This document shows, piece after piece, positions 54,349 through 62,193 of a DNA stretch of 64,000 nt. Both the position numbers and the translations under genes were made by a program. Source of the stretch: Pseudogracilibacillus sp. (GTDB lineage: Bacteria; Bacillota; Bacilli; Bacillales; Amphibacillaceae); assembly GCA_035301305.1 (NCBI GenBank), contig DATGUO010000055.1:23779-87778 (forward strand), written 5' to 3'. The notes beneath the pieces are model-generated. The model was given only the letters and a program-made list of their open reading frames with translations. It had not been told where the DNA came from and ran no database searches. The stretch's first letter is position 1. Every line of letters begins with the position of its first letter.

Positions 54349-55701
54349 TTAATAACTGACTGCTTTTTTCTTTTCTTTTTTATTATTCAAAACGACTCCC
54401 AGAATATTAGCATTTACATTTAACAGTTGATTCATCGCTTGTTGCGCATGTGATACTTTTGTTTTTCCAGCATGGCTCACAAAGACACACCCATCGACTT
54501 TGGTAGATAAAACTGCTGCATCTGAAAAATACATAGGTGGACTGTCAATGATAATCATGTCAAACTGTTTTTCTAAACTGGTTAGCAATTTATCCATACG
54601 TAGTGAAGATATCAACTCTGTCGGGTTTGGTGGGAGCGGTCCACCGCGAATGATATAAAGATTTTCATAAGAGGTCTCTTGAATTAACTCTTCCATTTCA
54701 GCCTGTCCGCTTAAATAATTGGACAATCCTTTTTCTCCATCATGTTTTACATATTCTTCCCACGAACTTTTTCTTAAATCTGCGTCGATCAATAATGTTT
54801 TTTTAGAATCCATTGCCATCGACATGGCGAGATTCCCTGATGTAATCGTTTTCCCTTCATTTTTTTCTGTACTAGTAACTACAATGGACGTTAATTTCTT
54901 CGTTGATTTCTGAAATTGAATATTAACCCTTAAATTTCTAAACGATTCCAAGTTTAATTTATTTTGATTGACCTTCGAAACAAGATAACTGATATTGGAT
55001 AAACTAATTTCTTTTTGCTTATTACTGTTAAACATACCAATTGTTCCTAAAAGTGGTGCCTCTAAATACCTTTCCACGTCTTGACGAGAATGTATTTTTG
55101 TATTTAAAAAGTCTGATAAAGCAATGTAATTAAATACAAAAAACAAACCTACCAAAAAAGAGATTCCTGTATTTAAAAAGGGGTTAGGCCAAACAGGCTT
55201 TTGGAAATTAGCCGTTTTTGCTTCTGTCAAGATTCGTACATTGTCCATTTTCATTAAATCAGTGATTTCTTCTTGAGAGGTGTGGGCAAACGTATTAACT
55301 AGCTTACTAGCGTCTTCTGGATTGCTTGCTCTAGCATGTAAAGTAATTATCTGACTATCTGGACTGGTCTCTACAGATAAATTGTCCTTAAGTTCTTCTA
55401 GCGTGTACTGATGATTAAATTGTTCATATACTAATTCTCTTATTTTAGAACTTTTTATAATAAATTGGTATGTCTCTATCAAACGCAGATTCATTTCCAC
55501 ATCTGTTGTTCCAGTCACCTTTTCATCTTCAGTTTGTGTTTGGTTTACTAGCAAATCAACTTGTGATTCGTATACTGGATTGATTAAATAACTACTGATT
55601 AAAAAACCTACTATTGCACATGCAATTGGAATTATAAGGACTAGTTTTATTCTTTTAACAGCAATATTCAAAAAATCTTGAACATTAAAAGTATTGTTCA
55701 T
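54349..55701 (-). CDS. Fused Wzz chain-length-determinant domain and BY-kinase (CpsD/CapB-type ATPase)
   Basis: N-terminal Wzz domain with 2 TM segments. The C-terminus has Walker A (EKNEGKT), A' (LLIDADLRK) and B (IIIDSPP) motifs. The start is set at ATG 55701. Confidence 0.8.
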   Translation of the reverse strand: MNNTFNVQDFLNIAVKRIKLVLIIPIACAIVGFLISSYLINPVYESQVDLLVNQTQTEDEKVTGTTDVEMNLRLIETYQFIIKSSKIRELVYEQFNHQYTLEELKDNLSVETSPDSQIITLHARASNPEDASKLVNTFAHTSQEEITDLMKMDNVRILTEAKTANFQKPVWPNPFLNTGISFLVGLFFVFNYIALSDFLNTKIHSRQDVERYLEAPLLGTIGMFNSNKQKEISLSNISYLVSKVNQNKLNLESFRNLRVNIQFQKSTKKLTSIVVTSTEKNEGKTITSGNLAMSMAMDSKKTLLIDADLRKSSWEEYVKHDGEKGLSNYLSGQAEMEELIQETSYENLYIIRGGPLPPNPTELISSLRMDKLLTSLEKQFDMIIIDSPPMYFSDAAVLSTKVDGCVFVSHAGKTKVSHAQQAMNQLLNVNANILGVVLNNKKEKKKAVSY

Positions 55702-55738
55702 CGTTATAACCCTTCCCTTTAGTTTCCCTATTATCTGC

Positions 55739-56404
55739 TTAAAAACTGTTCTCCGGTTTAATAACATGTTTGACGGTTTGGAATATAATTCGTACATCCA
55801 GCATTAGCGACATATGCTTCACATAATATAAGTCGCATTGAATTTTTTCTCCATGTGTTAATCCAGAACGTCCATTCACTTGTGCGTATCCAGTTAAACC
55901 TGGTTTAACCAATAATCTTTGTCTCTGTTTCATATTATAATAATCAGTAATTTCTGAAATTTCCGGTCTTGGACCTACTAAACTCATTTCTCCTTTCAAA
56001 ATATTTATTAGTTGCGGCAATTCATCTAGACTGTATTTCCTGAGAAAAGTTCCTAATTTCGAGACTTCAACTGGACTACTCGATTTAAAAACAAAATTAT
56101 CAGGGACACCGTCAATCCAATTTTTCCTGTATTCTTTTCTTTCTTTGGAAGAAGTGGGGTTTACTTGCGGCATGGTCCGAAATTTCTTTAAAATAAATGG
56201 CTTTCCCCGTGTTCCAACTCTAGTTTGTTCAAAAATAACAGGAAAACCAGCATCTATATACAATAAACAGCTTACCAGTAGTAGAAGTGGGCTTAGAAGA
56301 ACTAATAATGTGCCGCTTAAGATAATATCCAGCATCCTTTTAGCAAATAAATAATGCTTTGGATAGGTAACCTCTTCTAACATTTCCACATTCGGTTGTT
56401 TCAA
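55739..56404 (-). CDS. Undecaprenyl-phosphate sugar phosphotransferase (bacterial sugar transferase family, EpsL/WbaP C-terminal type)
   Basis: 221 aa with one TM segment, then PVIFEQTRVG..GKPF...KFRTM, DELPQL and SLVGPRP motifs. Confidence 0.85.
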   Translation of the reverse strand: MKQPNVEMLEEVTYPKHYLFAKRMLDIILSGTLLVLLSPLLLLVSCLLYIDAGFPVIFEQTRVGTRGKPFILKKFRTMPQVNPTSSKERKEYRKNWIDGVPDNFVFKSSSPVEVSKLGTFLRKYSLDELPQLINILKGEMSLVGPRPEISEITDYYNMKQRQRLLVKPGLTGYAQVNGRSGLTHGEKIQCDLYYVKHMSLMLDVRIIFQTVKHVIKPENSF

Positions 56405-56448
56405 AGGTCTTACCCCCTTTATGAACTAAATGAAAGCCGTGTAACTAT

Positions 56449-57288
56449 TTATTCCAACAACTTTGCTTTTAAATGATTATTTTTAATAATTGTTTTTCTA
56501 TCGATTATTTCTACTTGATTTCGCCATAACCAACGCAAAAGAATCAATGCAAAATGCCCTTTTAATGTTTGCGGAAGATAGCTTTGATATTCTGTTATTT
56601 CTTTACCACCGAATCCTTTCTTGAATTTATTTATATTTTGTTGTTCCAAGTCATTTTCTTTTTGTGACAACCCCAGAAAGTCGTATAATCTATATTTTCT
56701 TTGTTTAAAAAATAAGATATCTTGCCAGTGTAAGTATCGATTCGCCCTGCCGACTTCAATTGGTTTAATATCATCTTTTTCGAATCTGGCAGAAGCTGAA
56801 TAAAACATGGTGGCACGTTTTCCATCTGCAATATACAAATGACTTGCCATTTTCCCACCATTTTCATGCCTTATATAGCTTATAACTAACTGATTGTTTA
56901 AGCGCAAAGCTTCTAATTTATCAACACGGGCTTTTTCAATACCTTTTTCCTTTGCAAAGTTATTAAAAAAGACTGTAAATTCTGCTACGTCCTTTGTGGT
57001 TGGCTGAATGATAAGTTCTACGTCTAATCCATCTTTTCCAGCTTTATTTATTTGATACCTTGTTGTACGGTTCATTTCTTTTCGTAATTGTTTTTCTGAA
57101 TTCTGCAATTCAATGCATAAGGTTGTTACTTTTTTATGCATGCTGTTTTTCTTGTTCGCGTTTTTAAAATCCAATTGTTGAAAATAACAATGTACATCCG
57201 CTTTTTTTATCGTTGAATAATCTATGTTGTTTCCATAAATATCGTTTATTCTTAAATTATGTTTTTTCCAATAGATAATCACAGTCAT
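56449..57288 (-). CDS. FemAB-like / GNAT-fold (Acetyltransf_6-like) transferase, paralog 1
   Basis: 279 aa. The motifs L..EM.RTTRYQINKA, SASAR, RANRYLHW and FKKGFGGKE resemble the FemABX/CelD-type fold. The family call is by eye only. Confidence 0.55.
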   Translation of the reverse strand: MTVIIYWKKHNLRINDIYGNNIDYSTIKKADVHCYFQQLDFKNANKKNSMHKKVTTLCIELQNSEKQLRKEMNRTTRYQINKAGKDGLDVELIIQPTTKDVAEFTVFFNNFAKEKGIEKARVDKLEALRLNNQLVISYIRHENGGKMASHLYIADGKRATMFYSASARFEKDDIKPIEVGRANRYLHWQDILFFKQRKYRLYDFLGLSQKENDLEQQNINKFKKGFGGKEITEYQSYLPQTLKGHFALILLRWLWRNQVEIIDRKTIIKNNHLKAKLLE

Positions 57289-57330
57289 CCCTCACAGGTA
57301 TTTAGTTTATTTTACTGCTTCAGACATTAT

Positions 57331-58161
57331 TTATTCTCCTTGTTTTTCAGACAATCTTAAAGATGCTTGTTCTTTTCTCTTTATTATTTCTGCATTATTT
57401 CTCCATAGAAACCTGAGCCCCCAGACACACATAATTCCTAATAAACTCTGGGAGATAAAACTTTGATATACAACTTTTTCTTTTCCTCCAAAACTTCTCT
57501 TGTAACTATTTACTTTTTGATGGCCTGCATTGTTCTTATCTGTTGTTAAACCCATGAGATCAAAAGTATGAAAACCTTTATTTTTAAAATAAACCAATTC
57601 ATGCCAATGCAAATACCGATTAGCTCGTGATATTAGTTGACTGTTTATATCAGGATGATTAAACCGAGCAGAAGCCGCGTAAAGCCCTATAGCTGTTTTA
57701 TTGCTCACGATAGTTGCTGTAGAAGCAAGCTTAATATTATCTTCTTGGTATACAGACATTATTTTAAGTCTCTTTTTGTTCATCAATGCAATTAGTTTTT
57801 CTATCTTACATACTTGAATTCCTTTCGCTTTTGCAAACAAATCGTAGAACCCAGCAAATTTTTTTACATCATCAATATTTGGCTCAGAAATGTAAGTAAT
57901 CCTAAAACCGTCCCTTTTCGCTCTTCTTATTTTGTACCTGGTCGTCTTGCTCATATCTTCCAATAAATCTTGTTCAGAATTCTCTAAATTTATCTGTAAA
58001 TGTAACGTTTGTCTGTGAATGCTGTTTTTTTTAGTTATTTCTCTCGGATGCGACAATTGAAAATGAGCATGTAAATCTGCTTTTGGCAACAAATGTTTAT
58101 TTATAGAATCTCCATAAAATTCGTTAATTTTTATAATACTTTTTTTCCATTGTATAGCCAT
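57331..58161 (-). CDS. FemAB-like / GNAT-fold transferase, paralog 2
   Basis: About 276 aa. It aligns end to end with the 56449-57288 product (TTRYKIRRA, AASARF, RANRYLHW, YKRSFGGKE, LRFLWRN). The start is set at ATG 58161 after AGGAGTG. Confidence 0.55.
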   Translation of the reverse strand: MAIQWKKSIIKINEFYGDSINKHLLPKADLHAHFQLSHPREITKKNSIHRQTLHLQINLENSEQDLLEDMSKTTRYKIRRAKRDGFRITYISEPNIDDVKKFAGFYDLFAKAKGIQVCKIEKLIALMNKKRLKIMSVYQEDNIKLASTATIVSNKTAIGLYAASARFNHPDINSQLISRANRYLHWHELVYFKNKGFHTFDLMGLTTDKNNAGHQKVNSYKRSFGGKEKVVYQSFISQSLLGIMCVWGLRFLWRNNAEIIKRKEQASLRLSEKQGE

Positions 58162-58297
58162 TGATTCACTCCTGACAGTACTCTTTTTAAGATTAGGTTT
58201 AATGATCATAGTAGTATGTCATGTAGTTAAAGACTTAAGCAAATTAACGTCTGATACTTGGTCAGTTTCCTATAATAGATTTATTAGGTTTCGCATA

Positions 58298-59284
58298 CTA
58301 AATCAGTTTTTCTGATAATCTTTTCATAGAAATACTTTCAAAATTATAGTGCTCATTCAAATGAACGTAATGATGTAAAATCTTTTCTAAAAAGTGTAAA
58401 TTACTGCCAATGTTAATTCCAAAATTATGTGGATGCCACCACAAGTGATAGATTTCTTGGTGTTTTGCTGCATAAGTCATGGAAGACAAAATACGATTTA
58501 ATCTTTTTTTCTCTAGCCAATTCCATTTAGCTGCGGCCGGTTTTAATTGTCTGCTTCCTCTGATGTTTAATATTCCTTCCCTCTCTGTAACTCGATAACT
58601 TTGTGGTCCAAAAATGTTAATATACGTATCCAACAGTCGTAATCCTCGTTTTATAAAATGCTTTCTATCATTTCCTTTCATGTGATAAATCCATCCTGGT
58701 TCATTTCCTCGGTAAGCGCTCATTCCTAGTTGTTCACAAATTGCTAAATACGTTGGATTCACCTGATTACGAGGAAATACAATTGAGTCAATCTGGTCAG
58801 TCACTGATGATATAACGTCTTTAAAAAGTTGAGTATCCAATTTGAAATCCTCTGCAGATTGCCCTTCTTCTAAGCAATAAAAGTGGGAAAAAGTATGCGA
58901 ACCAATTTCTTGCCCTGGTGTTTCATGAATAATGCGAATTAATTCTGGCGCAAAATACAAATCACTATCTTTATACGACTTCCTCATTTCATTGATGTGT
59001 TGATAAGAAGAAAGTTTTAAATTTGAATAGGCAGGAGTTTTTACTGGTATCTTTTTATACAATTCTTCTCTGTTTTTTATATTTAACATGCCTACCGCTG
59101 CCCAAGTAGCTTGTATTTGATACTCTGTAAATACTTGTAAAAGTTTAGGAACAACCGTTCTTGCGTTACGTATTGCTTCTGCATATGTTTTTTTATCAAA
59201 AACATCATGGACTCCCCAAAACAATTCAAAATCTAAAGAAACCACGAAATAACCATTAGATTGTTGATATATTGAACGGTTCAT
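58298..59284 (-). CDS. Polysaccharide deacetylase-like (CE4/NodB-related) protein
   Basis: 328 aa. The motifs VSLDFELFWG and GSHTFSH are typical of deacetylase-family proteins in EPS loci. This is not HMM-verified. Confidence 0.55.
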   Translation of the reverse strand: MNRSIYQQSNGYFVVSLDFELFWGVHDVFDKKTYAEAIRNARTVVPKLLQVFTEYQIQATWAAVGMLNIKNREELYKKIPVKTPAYSNLKLSSYQHINEMRKSYKDSDLYFAPELIRIIHETPGQEIGSHTFSHFYCLEEGQSAEDFKLDTQLFKDVISSVTDQIDSIVFPRNQVNPTYLAICEQLGMSAYRGNEPGWIYHMKGNDRKHFIKRGLRLLDTYINIFGPQSYRVTEREGILNIRGSRQLKPAAAKWNWLEKKRLNRILSSMTYAAKHQEIYHLWWHPHNFGINIGSNLHFLEKILHHYVHLNEHYNFESISMKRLSEKLI

Positions 59285-59309
59285 TTATAATCACCTGCAT
59301 TTACGAAAA

Positions 59310-60485
59310 TTACTCTTTGTCAGTTATAGTTGAGCCATCTAAACTCATCCATGGTAAAGCAAGTAATAACCAAAAATGACGCCAATGCATAGAATCAATA
59401 AATAGACTATTGAAAAAAATACCAATTAGACATGCTGTAACAATCACAAAATAACCTTTATATGAATCTTTTATACACTTGTTTATTTGTATACTGCGGA
59501 ATAAAGTCAACAACCAAAACAAAAGAAAAAATCCTAAACCTAACAACCCGTTTTCCGATAAAATCCGAATAAATAAGTTATGAGTAGATTGGTTTAAAAA
59601 ATATTCAGATTGACCAGGACCAAATCCAAGTGGATAAGAAAGTACATATTGTATAGAGTCCCCCTGTTCTTGGAATCTTACAGCATCATACGCTTTCAAA
59701 TTCGTTCTTTCATAAAATAAAGCACCAATATCTGTCGTTAATACAATATACATTAGGACAGGAACAATAATTAAAGTTAAAATAGACAGTGTTTTTAATC
59801 TTTTTGTTGACCTGTCATTTATAATTAAAAAACAAATACCTAATGTTAAAATAAATTGTCCCCAAGCTGCTCGAGAAAAACTTAGTAATATCCCGATAGA
59901 CAAAAGCAAAAATACAATTGTCCAGCCGACAAAGGCTTTTTTACTTTGTTTACTTTTGCTTAATTTCCAGACTGCATATAAAGCGGGCGGGATTAAAAAT
60001 GGACCGAATACATTTGGATCTTTAAAAAGACCCTTTAGCCGATCACCTCCCCATAAAAATATGTCCAAAATAGTCCCTGGATATTGGTAAGCCACTATAC
60101 CAGGGACAACTACAAATAGAGCAGCTGCAACATAAGAATTAAATAAAATTGGAAGCAGTTTTTTTCCAAAATAATAAGAAATTCCTGCGACGCCTGTCCA
60201 CGCTACTAAACAGTACACTGTTATCAATAAATATTGAACAGCCAAATAAACATCTCTAACAAAATACAACGAAATAAAATTTGTCATTAAAAATAATAGA
60301 ATACATAATACAGGCCAAAAATGTACTTGCATAAAAACTATATATCCACTTAGTAACGCTGTGAATATGACGATTAACATTAATAAATCATATGGGGCCG
60401 GTTCCAAAAATACAATTGAACTTACTGCAATCGTAATAAAAAACAGTTTCTTGAAAATGTTCTGGCGCTGAGTCGCAATTTCCAT
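59310..60485 (-). CDS. O-antigen ligase / Wzy_C-family polytopic membrane protein
   Basis: About 391 aa with more than 10 TM segments and a loop LSFSRAAWGQ typical of Wzy_C. The start is set at ATG 60485, 9 nt after GGGAG. Confidence 0.7.
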   Translation of the reverse strand: MEIATQRQNIFKKLFFITIAVSSIVFLEPAPYDLLMLIVIFTALLSGYIVFMQVHFWPVLCILLFLMTNFISLYFVRDVYLAVQYLLITVYCLVAWTGVAGISYYFGKKLLPILFNSYVAAALFVVVPGIVAYQYPGTILDIFLWGGDRLKGLFKDPNVFGPFLIPPALYAVWKLSKSKQSKKAFVGWTIVFLLLSIGILLSFSRAAWGQFILTLGICFLIINDRSTKRLKTLSILTLIIVPVLMYIVLTTDIGALFYERTNLKAYDAVRFQEQGDSIQYVLSYPLGFGPGQSEYFLNQSTHNLFIRILSENGLLGLGFFLLFWLLTLFRSIQINKCIKDSYKGYFVIVTACLIGIFFNSLFIDSMHWRHFWLLLALPWMSLDGSTITDKE

Positions 60486-60957
60486 AATAACTTTCTCCCA
60501 ATTCCTTTTATTTTCCATTTACTGTTTTTACACGACCATGTAACAAAAATACATTTTTATACTATAAAACCATTTTCGTCCGATTTTTTTATATAGTGCT
60601 TAATGAAATACCTTTATATTCTGTAGTATTTCAAAATCAACTACGCTGTATGAATTCTTTCATCCTTACTATTAGCTAATTTTTAAAAGATACCTCCTTT
60701 CAAGGAAATATGAAGTGATATATTTATTCTAGTCCATAATGTATGAAAGGACGTTTTGATTTATGATATTATAGTTCGTTTTCACGTTTTAAATGTAACA
60801 ATATTGTGAAAGTTAAGTAATTTATAAGTAGTTTATGATTTAATTCGTTAGTCAATAATGAATAGATTCTTTATCTGTTAAATGATTTTATGTATAAAAC
60901 ATTCAATAGTCGTATTCGATAATTGGAAAATAGGTGTTGACTAACCCTTCATAGCGA

Positions 60958-61009
60958 GTGTTTTAGTTGCACTTATGCAGGAAGAAAGTTTTGCAAATTC
61001 TTTATCTGC
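60958..61009. repeat. Copy A of the recurring intergenic motif (gTGTTTTAGTTGCACTTATGCAGGAAGAAAG plus hairpin)
   Basis: See copies at 26337 and 35895. The hairpin is gcag..aaag/cttt..ctgc. Confidence 0.5.
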
Positions 61010-61018
61010 TAAAATAAT

Positions 61019-61066
61019 TAAAAATCCTGCTTGAACCGGGTGAATCGGAATAAGCAGGATTTTTAT
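61019..61066. terminator. Orphan bidirectional terminator-like hairpin between rpsD and the island
   Basis: 10-bp stem aatcctgctt / aagcaggatt flanked by A5 and T5. No ORF ends next to it. Confidence 0.65.
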
Positions 61067-61175
61067 ATTCAAGCAGCGTTTTAAAGCTGAACTGATTCTT
61101 TATTTAAATGTTATGGCAATACCTATCCATAATCTGCTAGGAACTTTTGGACGCGCTTAAAGTAACATCCTTAAA

Positions 61176-61222
61176 TAAAAAAAGCCTTTGAGGTATTGAT
61201 TATCAATATCTCAAAGGCTTTT
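61176..61222 (-). terminator. rpsD terminator
   Basis: Stem aagcctttgag / ctcaaaggctt with a U-tract on the minus strand. Confidence 0.85.
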
Positions 61223-61249
61223 AACCGTACCATTTTATAAGAAACTTTA

Positions 61250-61852
61250 TTAACGTGAGTAGAACTCAACGATAAGTGCTTCATTAATTTCAGCTGGTAA
61301 TTCAGAACGCTCAGGGAAGCGAGTGTACGTTCCTTCCATTTTATCTGCATCGAAAGAAACATACTCTGGAATAACAGTGTTTACTTCCATTGCTTCTTTA
61401 ATCACATCAAAGTTTTGTGCTTTTTCACGTAATGTAATAGTTTGGCCAGGGCGCATACGGTAAGATGGGATATCGACACGACGTCCATCTACTAACACAT
61501 GACCATGGTTTACTAACTGACGAGACTGACGACGAGTACGTGCTAACCCAAGGCGGTATACAATGTTATCCAAACGTGATTCCAAAAGAATCATGAAATT
61601 CTCACCATGTACCCCTTTCATCTTGCCGGATTCGTTAAATAATGAACGGAATTGACGCTCATTTAAACCATACATAAAACGTAATTTCTGCTTTTCTTGT
61701 TGTTGTAAACCATACTCAGAGATTTTACGACGTTGATTTGCTCCGTGCTGCCCTGGAGCATAAGGGCGTTTAGAAATTTCTTTTCCTGAACCAGTTAATG
61801 AAATGCCGAGACGACGGGACTTTTTCCATAAAGATCCTGTAAAACGTGCCAT
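61250..61852 (-). CDS. rpsD: 30S ribosomal protein S4
   Basis: 200 aa, [16 protein letters not shown]. Confidence 0.97.
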   Translation of the reverse strand: MARFTGSLWKKSRRLGISLTGSGKEISKRPYAPGQHGANQRRKISEYGLQQQEKQKLRFMYGLNERQFRSLFNESGKMKGVHGENFMILLESRLDNIVYRLGLARTRRQSRQLVNHGHVLVDGRRVDIPSYRMRPGQTITLREKAQNFDVIKEAMEVNTVIPEYVSFDADKMEGTYTRFPERSELPAEINEALIVEFYSR

Positions 61853-62030
61853 GTGACATTTCCTCCTTTATATTTATTTTGCATAAAATAAATAAATGTT
61901 GTGACTAGATGTTGGCTATTTTATTTTCATGTATCTTCGCTCCAGCAGCCGAGAGTTACGCGACACACCTCTTAAGAGGAATAAAATAGAAACAAGCATA
62001 AGTGCACATAAGCTACCTATTATTTTACAC
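61853..62030 (-). promoter_or_regulatory. rpsD 5' leader (candidate S4 autoregulatory leader)
   Basis: About 180 nt of untranslated leader lie between the promoter and the RBS AAAGGAGGA. S4 autoregulation through the leader is known in B. subtilis. The structure was not verified. Confidence 0.45.
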
Positions 62031-62037
62031 AGAAACA

Positions 62038-62066
62038 AGTATACTTATTTTCATTTAGTTTGTCAA
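62038..62066 (-). promoter_or_regulatory. SigA-type rpsD promoter
   Basis: On the minus strand: TTGACA, a 17-nt spacer, then TATACT. Confidence 0.6.
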
Positions 62067-62118
62067 CTTATACCTGCTTTTTCCTCCAACACAAATGGGC
62101 AACCAATGTTTTCTAAAT

Positions 62119-62158
62119 AAAAAAGCCTGCCTCTTCTGCTATAAAGCAAGTTGACAGG
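62119..62158 (-). terminator. Terminator of the AraC-family gene
   Basis: The hairpin cctgtc...ggcagg pairs fully only as minus-strand RNA (one G-U pair). It is followed by T6. Confidence 0.65.
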
Positions 62159-62193
62159 ACTAATTTGATTTTTAAAAGCGGGATTGCTACCTA

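Noticed and set aside
47158-61222. Mobile-element hallmarks at the island borders (integrase, transposase, tRNA target, inverted repeats).
   Set aside because: None is visible by eye. The island is therefore not called a mobile element, only a compositionally distinct insertion.
61171-61362. 63-aa minus-strand ORF overlapping the rpsD 3' end and its terminator.
   Set aside because: It is an alternate frame of rpsD and runs through the terminator hairpin. It has no RBS.
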